Both the position numbers and the translations under genes were made by a program. Below are positions 24,556-36,410 of a stretch of 64,000 nucleotides of DNA, piece after piece. The notes below the pieces were generated by a model. That model was not told the origin of the DNA and made no database searches. It saw only the letters and a list, made by a program, of their open reading frames with translations. This stretch comes from Neoechinorhynchus agilis (taxonomy: Eukaryota > Animalia > Acanthocephala): contig CM121342.1 of assembly GCA_051530055.1 (NCBI GenBank), positions 16,250,771-16,314,770 on the forward strand. The letters are read 5' to 3'. Numbering within the stretch: position 1 is the first letter of the stretch; the number at the start of each line of letters is the position of its first letter.

Positions 24556-25508
24556 AAGATTTAATTTTTGAACTTAAATAAAAGTTTTGGCTTAAGACAT
24601 CTTGCAAATGTTTAAAGTCCTCTGCAAAAACTGAAGGCGCATAATCCTCAATTGGATATGGATTTTAATTGAAGAACTCCCAGCTGACAGAGCTAATGAA
24701 TTGTATAATCTCAGTTTTCTTTGAAAATAATAAATATGGAACAGAGCACGAAATGATTATTGTTGTTAATTGAGAGATACAGCTCTGAAAACGCTATAGG
24801 ATTGTAATTTTCCTGTGGCAAAATAAGAATTGGATATAATTAAAAACTACTATAAAGAGGGTAGCTTAACACGAAGATATTAAGAATCGATAAAATCTGA
24901 ATCGCAAAGATTTAATTTTTGAACTTAAATAAAAGTTTTGGCTTAAGACATCTTGCAAATGTTTAAAGTCCTCTGCAAAAACTGAAGGCGCATAATCCTG
25001 AATTGGATATGGATTCCAATTGAAGAACTCCCAGCTGACAGAGCTAATGAATTGTATAATCTCAGTTTTTCTTTGAAAATAATAAATATGGAACAGAGCA
25101 CGAAATGATTATTGTTGTTAATTGAGAGATACAGCTCTGAAAACGCTATAGGATTGTAATTTTCCTGTGGCAAAATAAGAATTGGATATAATTAAAAACT
25201 ATAAAGAGGGTAGCTTAACACGAAGATATTAAGAATCGATAAAATCTGAATCGCAAAGATTTAATTTTTGAACTTAAATAAAAGTTCTGACTTAAGACAT
25301 CTTGCAAATGTTTAAAGTCCTCTGCAAAAACTGAAGGCGCATAATCCTGAATTGGATATGGATTCTAATTGAAGAACTCCCAGCTGACAGAGCTAATGAA
25401 TTGTATAATCTCAGTTTTCTTTGAAAATAATAAATATGGAACAGAGCACGAAATGATTATTGTTGTTAATTGAGAGATACAGCTCTGAAAACGCTATAGG
25501 ATTGTAAT
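24555..25508. repeat. About 350-bp tandem repeat, 2.7 copies
   Basis: AAAGATTTAATTTTTGAAC starts at 24555, 24906 and 25255; copies are nearly identical. Confidence 0.9.
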
Positions 25509-25912
25509 CTAAAACTTGGTAGAGAAAGAGGGGCACTTAGTAATGAATTGGTTCATAGATAGTTTATGTTAATTTAATCTTATATTATTTTGAAATTTAT
25601 AATCATTTCTTAACACATGCGTACTTTTATCGCTCTATACTTTTTTCGCACTTTTTACCAGGATTGCTTTTTGGTGACAAATCACTATAAGCGTATTTCG
25701 CAGTTTAAATCAAAATAATGAGTATCTATAACGAATGCGCCTCCTCGAAATCTGACTTTCAATTGATGATAATTGAATGTGCCGCAGTCATTCGTTAACT
25801 AAGGCACCACATCTTCAATTAAAATGTCTATTGAAAACTATTACTCTACTTCGACTGTATAGTTGGGTTTGCCTGATCTGACTTAAAAGACGATCTAATC
25901 GTAGAATTCACA

Positions 25913-26346
25913 ATGATCATATTGTCCATGTTGCTTATTCTTTTTTCTCGGATTTAATGATTAGAATTGGCAATCTGGACGAGATCGTCAGTTCTGATGG
26001 TTACGCTCTGGATAGACTTTTGTTTAGTAAAGGTGACCTCAAGTGTTATGAATGCGACAACCAGAGTTCATCAGACTGCAACCCGATCAGTTTGTTCACT
26101 ACCCAAGTTAGGTGTTCGCATGGACGTTGTTTCAAAAACATTGAGAAGGATGAGAATGGCTCAATGGTTCTAAAACGTGGCTGTGTACATTCTGAGAAGG
26201 ATGAAATCACCACTCAGAGTGGCTGCGAGTTTACTACCGGTGGTATAATGGAATGCAGGTGCAAAGAGGACTACTGTAACCGCGTTACTTGGAATCACGT
26301 ATCGTTTCTAACCTCACCGATAGTTCTGATCATTCTTATTCAATAA
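25913..26346 (+). CDS. Ly6/uPAR three-finger protein with signal peptide and hydrophobic GPI-type tail
   Basis: LKCYEC...C...RC..GRCFK...KRGC...GC...ECRCKEDYCN followed by a hydrophobic tail. The signal peptide MIILSMLLILFSRIYA is obtained after removing 25957-26003. Confidence 0.85.
25957..26001 (+). other. TA-flanked hairpin intervening sequence (45 nt) in the Ly6 gene
   Basis: TA at 25955-56 and 26002-03. The first and last 15 nt pair at 14/15 positions, four of them G-U. Confidence 0.8.
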
Positions 26347-26736
26347 AGATTAAGCCATCAATCACGATCAAACACTAGTGGTAATAACACCAGATGATTT
26401 GTTACAGTTTATGAAGATTTTAATTAGAATATTATAAATGCTACTTCAAGTAATCAGACAAATAAATCTAGACGGTAGAATCTTTATTGACTTCAAACGC
26501 TGTCGAGAAAGCAAACATAAACGACATCGTTCGTTATCACTTAAACAAGCTAACAGACAACGCCATTAATAATCAAAAATAGTGAAAAGACAATGGAGTA
26601 GCAACTGAATTTACAGAGATGAAAAAACTGTAGAAATAATTTTGAACAGCTAGTGGCTGAACATTGAAGTCGTAAATGTTAAATACATCGGGCGCAAACT
26701 TTCTTTTTTAAGAAATTTTACATTCGAAAAATATTT

Positions 26737-28527
26737 TTATTTAGAACAATACTCTACGTCCAGTCCGTTTATTGTCCTTTCAGGATCAGGGTAACAAATT
26801 TCAGAATTTTCGCCATTGTAAACGATAACTTGCTGTACGCAGATATTTCCGCAGATTCTCACAATATGCTTCAGCATTTCATCCATGACCCGCAAACACA
26901 CGTCTTCACTCAACGCACTGGTGACCTCAATTAGAATATCAGTTGTCGATTCTTTGATTTTAGTTTGTTCACAAGTTGAGAGAGGTGGTACAGAAATTAC
27001 CAGATTGTTTGCGTCCACAAGAAAAACAATTCCACAGTTGTTTTTATTGATCGAGTTCATGTATTTGTATTGAGTACTGAAATTGGCGCGTCGAAGACTT
27101 TTCCGATTGGCTTCAGCGCTCTTTTTAGCCTCTCTCAGACAATCTAATGTTGTCATTTCACACTTTTCGCCAAACGGTGTTAGTGTTACGCTATCGATAG
27201 GAGATAATTTGTATTGCAAAGGCAGTTTTAGTATAGACCAATCGTGCAGACCGATAAAGACAGTGGAGCGTTTCTCGCACAACTTCCCATCATGAAGGTT
27301 AGAGTGAGCTTTCAGCAAAGCCTTAAGACGTCCACGAATTTGGAAATCAAGCTGGCGGATTACGCAGGCAACACAGAAGCCGCGAATTCGGACAGATTGT
27401 TTTGTGAAATGAATAGAAGGTGGCTGTTTCGTTTTGAGCACTTGAACTAAACAAGGTTGTTGTTGCTGTTGGTCACTAATGTGAATTTTAAGGTCGTTCT
27501 TCTCTTTTGGTACACTTGATTTGAGAAAACTAATTGCCGACTTGGTTGAACTAGGTCTTTGATCGTCGACTATTTTTTTTAGCCGTTTGTCTTTCAGCGG
27601 ATTAGAGTGGGCTACGAGTTCTTTTAGGGCACGAATTTTGTGCTCGGAGAAAAAAAAGAGCAACTTTGGGGGAAATTTGGAAAATAAATTTTATGCAATT
27701 CAAGTTCTTGGAACAAGAACCAAGAATACTTGATGCTTTTTGTAACCTAATGCGTACTAATTAAGATTTTACGTGTATCATCCTCGCGCCCATGCTAATC
27801 TTCTCTGTATCGTTCAATTTTAGAATTTGTGGCACCGAAGAAGCAACCACAACTTACTATTTCAAAACGCCTGTGTCGTGCATTACTGATTTGGTCACCA
27901 AAATCAAAGAGCTATTAAAGGAGCACAAATTTTGTGCTATAGCCTAGAGCACTCACATAAGTCGTAAGGTAAATCTTCTAGTTTGTTGTGGCTGACGTCT
28001 ATCTTCTTCAAAACTGGTAACTTATCATTTAAAGTAGGCAAGCCAGTTAATTCATTGTTAGAAACCAGTAGATTTCTTAAGAGCGGCAAATGAGGTAGTT
28101 CTAAAGTCTTTAAGGAGTTATAACTCGCATCCAGGCTCGTTAATCGTGGAAGAGACAAGGATGAAATGTCGAGTTTATTGAGAACATTATTGGAGACCTT
28201 TAATGTTTCCAATGACTCTGGAAGTGCCAACGGGATACTGAACAGTTGATTGTTAGATAAATCGATAAACTTGAGATTAGGTACTGAAGTCAAATCGACT
28301 GGAAATTCCTTAAAGGTTGAATTGTTCACAATTTGTAGACTATGTAGGCAGCTAAGCTTGATAAGTTGCAGTTGAGGCAATTCTACAAGACCGACATTGT
28401 CAATTGTTAATTGATTTAAACTCGTCGTTTGAAATACTGAATCAGCAATTCTACCATCGGTCTCGCTTATCTTATCCTTTTCTTCAGGTCCTCTTAACGT
28501 CAATTGGTACTTTTGAGTATCTAGCAT
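26737..28527 (-). CDS. LRRC47: Leucine-rich repeat protein 47 (LRR plus B3/4-like domain); start may extend to 28610
   Basis: LRRs, then LPYDLCECSRL|KELVAHSNPLKDKRL, KLHDGKLCEKR-like segment, LVDANNLVISVPPLSTCEQTKIKESTTDILIEVTSA, MDEML. Confidence 0.85.
27627..27939 (-). other. TA-flanked intervening sequence (313 nt) with 19-nt terminal inverted repeats in LRRC47
   Basis: TA at 27625-26 and 27940-41. GGGCACGAATTTTGTGCTC and GAGCACAAATTTTGTGCTA are inverted matches at 15/19. Removal gives CECSRLKELVAHSNP. Confidence 0.85.
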
Positions 28528-29475
28528 CTAAAGGTTAAGTGAACATGATTTCAGAAATCAAAGAACTAGTGGGGCGGAAACATTATCAGTGATCCGTAGG
28601 GTTCGCTCATGCATACCAAATATGCTGGTAGACTCAAGCACGGCATAGTTATAAACATTATCGATTCTGACACGTTAATTGCTTGGATCAGCTGCTTTCC
28701 AAAAACAATGGATGTAAACAATTGGCATATATCGCGTAGTCCGAGATCTATTCAAAAACATCGAGTGCTTTGCAAAACATTTCATTATGTCTCACGTTGA
28801 CAAAATAGTGTTTTATATGAGCCTAGTATGAAAAAGGAAATACTAGAAGCTTAAAGTAAACAACTAATGTTTAAATACGAGTCACCACAATTCATAAGGC
28901 GAGGAAGCTATAAAAAAATGGACTATAATGGAACAGCAAATGGGAAAACTGTCCTAATTTCCAAATAAAATCTTTTGGCCAATCCAGGAAAATCGACAAC
29001 TACCGGAAAAAACATCGCAACTTTCGACAAAGAAACCAAGTGTAGAAGTGAGAAAGTTTCCGAGACTGCAAAGAACTCAAAGTCGTAACTTTAAAAGCCT
29101 CAAGATCAATCCATAAAAAAAAGAGATCGAATACTCTTTTTCGCTCTTGTTCATGGGAGAATTTTGGGCGTTAACTATACCGATAAATTTGTAAGATTTT
29201 TTCCGGCATATTGGACATTGACAAGTAATGTAACAAAAGACTTAATAGAACAATTCAAGGAGTGATTTTTCGGGACTTGTTAATTTCCAAGCTTTTAGAG
29301 CGGGCAATGTGACTGATTTTTTGTTTTTGGGACGATTTAATCATTTTAAAATAAATTGTTTCGACAAAAAAAAGTTTTGTTTAAATATGTTTGCTTGCTC
29401 ATTGAGCGCAAAACCACCGAAAGAATATAAATGCTTATACGAGCGAGAAGACATTGATTAGTAGGAGGAAACATC

Positions 29476-31220
29476 ATGCATAATTCAACGCTTGGGCATT
29501 TATTATCTAAAACGGGAGTATGTGCGGCTGCTCATCCTGAGAAAAGGTTCGACGAGCATGCGGTCTTAGAATTAACTATTCCTCCCTATGGTTACCGTAA
29601 GAACTGGGTCCCTCGTTGTATGGACGATTTCGGCGATGGTGGTGCGTTCCCTGAAGTTCATTTAGCACAATATCCACTCGGAATGGGAATGAAGAAACAA
29701 GATGAGAAGGTGTTGTTGAGTGAACAACAAATAAACATGAATCCAAACAAAAAAGTGTACAGTACATACCGCGATCTTCAACCACGGCAAACAAATGCTG
29801 AACGACGTCCAAGCGAGCAGGAAATCAAAGAGAAAACTCTTGAGACGAAACGTGCTCTTGAAAGACTTGTATGTTCAAAAGTTCAATCAGCACTTCCTGT
29901 TCAACACGCCGACAAGCAAAATCCTGCACAATTTGTGAGATATAGACCATCCGCACCTCTCACTGGAGGACCGCAACAACGTATTATCCGAATGGTGACC
30001 GCTCAAAAAGATCCCATGGAACCGCCAAAATTTAAGATTAATGCAAAGATCCCCAGGGGACCTCCCAGCCCACCGGTCCCAGTCCTTCATTCCCCAACGC
30101 GTAAGGTCACGGCTCGAGAACAACAGGAATGGAAAATCCCGCCATGTATTAGCAATTGGAAAAATCCAAAAGGATATACTATTCCTTTGGATAAACGACT
30201 AGCGGCCGATGGGAGAGGACTTCAAAGCGTTCATATATTGACCGATTTTCGCTAACGGTGGATAATATCATCCGTATTGTTTCAAGCCCAAATTATACAT
30301 TAAATTTTTAGAAGGAAAAAAGGGTACACGTTTGATTTTTTTGCAGCGATTGAAAATCGGCTTTGCTCTAGAATATTTTAGAAATTAATGTTTCGATAGC
30401 CCTTTTGCTTTTTATTCGGCTTATACTTTTTCTTTGAAACAACGTCGAAAATTAGTCGCTAAACGAAGGATTTGCTCGCTTGGCAGAAGCTCTTTACGTT
30501 GCAGACCGTGAAGCCCGTGAAGCAATCGAGACCCGCGCGCAACTTGAACGCCGTTTGGCCCAAAAAGAAAAGGATAGAAAAGAAGAAGAGCTTCGGAGAT
30601 TGGCCGATCAAGCTCGAGCTGTTCGAAGCGGCGTAATGGATACCCGAAAAAGTGGTGATTTCGATCCAGGGGTTGCGGAGCGAGAAGAGATACGTCGTGA
30701 TCGCCAACGCGATCGCCAACGCCAACGTGCAATCCAACGTGCAGCACCAGAGAAGCGGACTAAACTAATGAAGGAACGCGAGCGCGACATTACCGAAAGT
30801 ATAGCATTGGGAGTTCCCAGCAGAACTGGCACGGGCGTTGGACAGGAATTCGACTCGAGGTTAATGGACATGTCTAAAGGACTAGACAGTGGTTTTGGAG
30901 CAGATGACGTCTATGCAGTATACGATAAGCCATGGCGAGAAGAGAACGCTGTTGCCAATACACTGTACCGCCCATCCAAAAATTTGGATGCTGAAGTATA
31001 TGGAGATGATATCCATAAACTTGCAAATGCAAGGCAGTTCGTTGGTGCTAAGGATCAAGTTAAGGGGCGGGTCGGAGGACCTGTGGCGTTTGAAAAATTC
31101 GGTGGTCAACAACAACAAAAAGTACACAGTGACGGTGAAGATGACAAAAGACGCAAAAACGACGATGATCCCTTCGGCTTAGGCCAGTTTTTCGAACAAG
31201 TTAAAAAAGGAAAGCACTGA
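29476..31220 (+). CDS. SNW1: SNW domain protein 1 (SKIP/Prp45), spliceosome component
   Basis: DFGDGGAFPEVHLAQYPLGMG, DPMEPPKFK, PPCISNWKNPKGYTIPLDKRLAADGRGLQ, AEALYVADREAREA, DDPFGLGQF. Confidence 0.95.
30238..30459 (+). other. TA-flanked hairpin intervening sequence (222 nt) in SNW1
   Basis: TA at 30236-37 and 30460-61. TTGACCGATTTTCG pairs with CGAAAATTAGTCGC at 12/14 (two G-U). Removal gives GLQSVHINEGFARLAEAL. Confidence 0.8.
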
Positions 31221-31739
31221 ATGTCACTGGGAGTGTAGGTATCATGCAAAAACATGAATAAACACTTATGGAAACCTAATAGATCCTCAAATTTTTTCTA
31301 TATGCCATAAAGGGGAGATGGGATAACGTTGTGTAGTCATCGCTTGGGCAAAAAATATAACGACCATTTAGGCATTGAACAGCGGAAGTTACTATGGTTC
31401 TTTTCTTTTTTACGCGCTTAGACTTCACCAGTTTTTGGCCATAAATAACGAGGAAGCAAAGGGAACTTCAAAGACCGATCAGACTGCAGTCCTTTTCTGT
31501 TCGTGGGAGCGTAAATAACGCAAAATCAGTTCCAGATAATAGTCGCTTTCTGTTTTGCTGCTCGTAATTTTGCCAAATCAGCAGTTAGTGCATGAGCCTT
31601 ATTGCTAATTTGAAAAATTGATAACCATTCCTTAGCAAGTAAGCGGTGGTGGTTATTTTGACCTTCTTTATTGTAAAGGTATTTTTAACTTCACATGCTT
31701 TCGCCTGTTTAATTAAATAAAGCATTGCGATAATACGAC

Positions 31740-31990
31740 GACGATGTCTGCAAGACTTTATTTTACCCTGTTAATGGAGTACCGCAAGGATATCCGTTCT
31801 CTCCTACTCTATTCTTTTTGTCGTCTCAATATATTGTACAAAACTTTACTCTTAATGCATCTATGATCCTTTATGCGGATAACATCACTTTTGTGATAAA
31901 ATGTCTCAGAGCAGACAGGATGAAACTCTTAATCGAACAATCCGTAGAGTATCTAAACACTATACCACGGCCATATAAGCATATATCTTA
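31740..31990 (+). mobile_element. Degenerate LINE RT fragment
   Basis: NGVPQGYPFSPTLF...QYIVQN...LYADNITF; related to the fragment at 43700-44330. Confidence 0.65.
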
Positions 31991-32360
31991 AAATATTCTT
32001 TCCTACACTTTTATCAAACAATTCTCAGTCCTTATCGATTAATTCTTGTGTGCCCTACAAGCTAAGCATCCTCGGGCGGAAAACTTGGGCTGTCACCAGC
32101 CTTGTTTTTATTTCTAGAGGTTGTCCCCGCGAACACAAGCCACTGTTTATCCAAGCGTTTTTCAGGCACATTAATTCGTTGCCACAAGCGTGGGCTGGGT
32201 TTCTAAAGTATTTTTGCCATACACATCTCGCACAGATATCCTCCGACGCTGTTACGCTGAAAAAATTCTCCTTGTTGTTGCATCGTGATACATTCCAGTA
32301 AAATAAGGAGGATTATAGGCTAAAACTCAGGATAAAGCTACCGAGAGTTACCTTTTAGAT

Positions 32361-32405
32361 CTGAAGAAGTCCGACGAGACGGACGAAATATTGAGATCAA
32401 TATAA
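32361..32405 (+). ncRNA. Hammerhead-ribozyme-like core (isolated)
   Basis: CTGAAGA-A-GTCCG/ACGAGA/CGGAC-GAA-ATATTG/AGAT/CAATAT-A; stem I is weak. Confidence 0.55.
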
Positions 32406-33289
32406 CAGTCTCTATTTTGATAATAACCAAAAAACACATAAAAATTAACAACTTCTTTATAATCTTATAACTTTATTATCTTTCAAAAGTTTCTCTGGTT
32501 CTCGCATTAAATCGCATAATCATTTGCTTCAATTAACTGCGACACAGCTAATGTACCAGTCCAACCTTCTCGATCAAATTTTACAAATTAGGGAATAATC
32601 TTACTCAATCTAAGTGTTCAGATCGATCCAGAAATATTTGGCCGAGATTAACTTAAGTGATGTACTGATCCATATGCGAGTTGATTCAGAGGAAAGAACG
32701 GAAGACAACAAATCAAATAAATCAAAATAACTAACATACGAAGAACATTTCTACCACAAAAATGAAACAACGTTCAAGATCTGTTTGGACATATAGCTCT
32801 AAATTCAAAAAGACCTCGATCATAAAGATTACATGACCACTTTTCGCAGATTAATTTTTTAGATTAAAAATGACGACAAAAAATTAAAACGCGCGCCAAA
32901 TCATTACACTGGCAGTTAATTTTTCTGTTTATTCGTGCCTTCGAAAACGCCGCCAGCTTTCTATCGCTGCATTCGTGTTCCTCCCATCGCTCTTTTTTGT
33001 TCGCTGGTGAATCGAGCGGCTTTGGAGCTGGTGGTAGAATTGTACCAAGTGGAGAGGTTTCAGCGAATCAATGTACGTAATTTTTCTCGAAATTCCTGGC
33101 AGCGTCGTTTTTCAAATTTCCTAAAAATGTACTGCATTATGGCCATAGTCGCCGAGTGCTTTAAATCAAACCTTTACGTAAATAAAATTTTGTAGTGCCT
33201 ATTGAATACCGGCTGCCAATCGCTACAGAATCGGCAAATTTAAGTTATATTTTTATTTTATTATTTCAATCTGGTTTTGATAGTTGGTC

Positions 33290-33750
33290 GATATTCCTCT
33301 GTTGTTGTTTTTTGACTTGGAAATTTTTTTTGACAATCGCAGAGAACAAGTTCGCCCCATGAAGTGGTTCTATGATTACATTGATTTCTGTGCTGCCGTT
33401 ATTGACGTGGTCTATTCCGATAAACTGAAAATGCGTAATCTGTTTAGTAGTATCGCCGAGTTCCTTCCTCGCGTTCCGACTACCAATCCGATTGTTTTAA
33501 CATCGTGCTTTTTGAAATCGTATTGAGTTGCAATTTTTTCGGCGATAACTTTGTATTTCGTTTCTTTTTCCGACATAATATTCTCGGTTCAGTCTTTTGT
33601 CGTCTCACAGTGCACTGTAAAATCTATGATGTTGTTGTGGTAGCTGGCATCAGTAGATCGAAAAATCTACTATCGCCGCACAAAAATGGTTGTTTTATTC
33701 AACATAACACGGAAAACGTTAACATGAACCTTATGACGTCGTAAATGGTC
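33290..33750 (-). mobile_element. 3' fragment of a restriction-like-endonuclease (R2/NeSL-type) non-LTR element
   Basis: IIDFTVHCE...EKETKYKVIAEKI...KTIGLVVGTRG, resembling the PD-(D/E)xK endonuclease C-terminus. Confidence 0.55.
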
Positions 33751-33751
33751 A

Positions 33752-36410
33752 CTACATAGGCCTCTCAAGGTTCTTCCCTTTTTTGTGAGGCCTGCCTCGT
33801 TTAGGAGGTTGAGCGAAAATGACGGGTGATGTTGGATCGGTATACGCTTGTTTGAGGCGGTCTATCGATACGTTCTCTGGTTTTTGACATGTTCCGCAAC
33901 ACTTTATTTTATAACGAACAACAACCAACCTAAAACACGCACCCCTTTTTGTTTTCGTACTATCGATTAGCGCAACCTGCCACTTATCGATTAGTGCATA
34001 ACGCAGCCATTTACGGCAGTTTTCCATCGAGATCGATCATGAAAAACTTTTCGTTGCGATCAAGTACTTTGTAAGGTCCGGTATACGGCGCCTGCATATG
34101 ATTCCCATGCTGACCGCGTCTGACAAAAACGAACGATGCTCCGCTGAGAGCATGTGGTACAAACGTCGTCACTTTACCATGGTTTACAACGAATATGGGC
34201 GTAAGAGATTTAACCTTATTACGTCGCCGTTGTAGATCAGTGTGAGAATCGACTTGGCTAAGTGAAGAATTAAGAAATCGGCAGGTATGTTGATAGCACT
34301 TCCATATTCATGCTCTGCTGCCGAGGAATCAAGGTCGGCTTTGGGCGTAGTGCGAATTCCAAACAAAATCTAAGGCAATTCGTCAATCCAATTGTTTCCG
34401 CAGAGGCGAGCTTTCAAAGCCGATTTCAGATGCCTGTGGAAACTTTCTACCATTCCATTGGATTGAGGATGATGCACGGTTGTGCGGTGGAGCTTCATTC
34501 CTAAATGTTCTGCGATTGTTCTCCACAGCTCGGATATGAATTGTGGCCCTCGATCGGAAGTGATGTCGTTAGGAATACCATAACGAGATATCTATTAGTC
34601 GATAAGTGCTCTTGCACACGTGACGGCGTCGGTATTATTTAAAGGAATCGCCTCGGGCCATCGAGTATATCGGTCTGTAACGGTTATTAAATGAGTGAAA
34701 CCTTGTGATGCCGGTAGCGGACCTACTAAATCTATGTGGATGTGATCAAATTGACGTTGCGGAGGTTCTAAAGTAGAAAGCGGTGCTCGTATACGTCTTT
34801 GAACCTTAGCCTTTTGACATCCGATGCATGACTGAACCCTGGCACCAACATCCTTTGTTAAACCAGGCCAAACGTATCTTGTTTTAACCAATTTACGGGT
34901 TGCTTTGATTCCAGGGTGGGACAGCTTGTGTACAACCTCGAAAATTCGTTTCGTCCAAGATGATGGTACCAACGGTCTATAACGACCAGTCGAAATTTCA
35001 CACAACATAGTTTGTCCTGTGCCATTGAAAGGAATTTCTTTCAACTGTAGCGAGGTATTCGCTGAACGATATGCCTGGATGTGTTGATCGGACTTTCGAT
35101 CTTCTGCCATCGCTTCAAACGATATTCCTTCGGAAATACTGGCTAAATAATCAACGCGGGACAATGCATCGGCAACTTTGTTCTCTTGTCCACTAATGTG
35201 TTCGATATTGGTCGTGAACTCAGATATATAATTCAAATGTCGTTGTTGACGGGCTGACCAAGGATACGAAACTTTTGACATCGCATAAACTAAAGGTCGA
35301 TGATCAGTGTAAATCGTAAACGATCGGCCCTCGACGTAATATCGAAAATGTTGGACAGCGAGATACATGGCCAGAAGCTCGCGATCGAAGGTGCTGTACC
35401 GTTGTTCAGGTTTACGCAGTTGTTTGCTGAAGAATGCTAGCGGCTACCATGAATCGGACACTTTCTGCTGTAGAACAGCACCAATAGCGAACTCGGATGC
35501 ATCTGTAATGATAGAGATTGGCGCGTCGGTCACTGAATGTGAAAGCATCGTTGCGTTTGCTAGAGCGGCTTTAGTTTTTCGAATGCTGAAGCCATTTCAA
35601 CTGTCCAAGAAAAACTTCGTAGATTTGTTTTACCAGAAAGCGCTTGGTAGAGCGGACGCATCAGACGGGCTGTCGAAGGGATGAAATGATGATAATAATT
35701 TACCATACCAATAAATTATTGTAAAGCTTTGGTGGATGTTGGAGGAGGGAAACTGCGAATCCCGCTTACTTTATGTGGCAATTATACTGTACCCCGTCCA
35801 CTCACACGGTGTCCTAGGAAATCGATCTGTTCTACCCGGAACTCACACTTATCTGGGTTCAGAACGAGGCCGTACTTTGAGAGTCGATCGAACAATGTCC
35901 GTAGGTGTTTTCTGTGTTCGGATCGATTTGAACTCGCGATCAGTATATCATCTAAGTAGACGAAAGTAAAATCCATACCTGAACAAACCGTATCCATTAA
36001 CCGCTGGAATGTTTGTGCAGCATTTTTCAACCCGAAAGGCATACGAAGAAATTCAAAAAGGCCAAAAGGCGTAATAATCGCAGTTTTTGATGTCTTGTTC
36101 CGCCACCCGAATTCGATGATACCCTCGGACGAGGTCTATTTTCGAAAAAATCGTTGTTCCAGCGGGTTTAGCTGAAAAATCTTGATCTGTCGGGCGTTGT
36201 GATATCATCTAGCCTGCGGTAATCGCCACAAGGACGCCACCCACCGCCTGATTTGGGTACGAGATGCAACGGAGACGACCACTGGCTATTTGAGCGTCAA
36301 GTGATTCCAAGATCATATATATTTTTGAATTCGGATTTAGTAATAGCGAGTTTATCGGGCGGGAGACGTCGCGGTCTAGCATGGAGTGGTTGTCCTTGTG
36401 TCTCAATAAT
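33752..36410 (-). mobile_element. Degenerate Ty3/Gypsy pol (RT-RNase H-integrase), 5'-truncated
   Basis: ETQGQPLHARPRRLPPDKL; MPFGLKNAAQTF...YLDD; TIYTDHRPL; HPG...C..CQ; HIDLVGPLP...DRYTRWPEA; VSIDRLK. Contains frameshifts and stops. Confidence 0.9.

Noticed and set aside
12768-30461. Reading the TA elements as U12-type AT-AC introns or as one active MITE family
   Set aside because: No ATATCC donor, branch consensus or AC end was seen, and the elements share no terminal sequence with each other.
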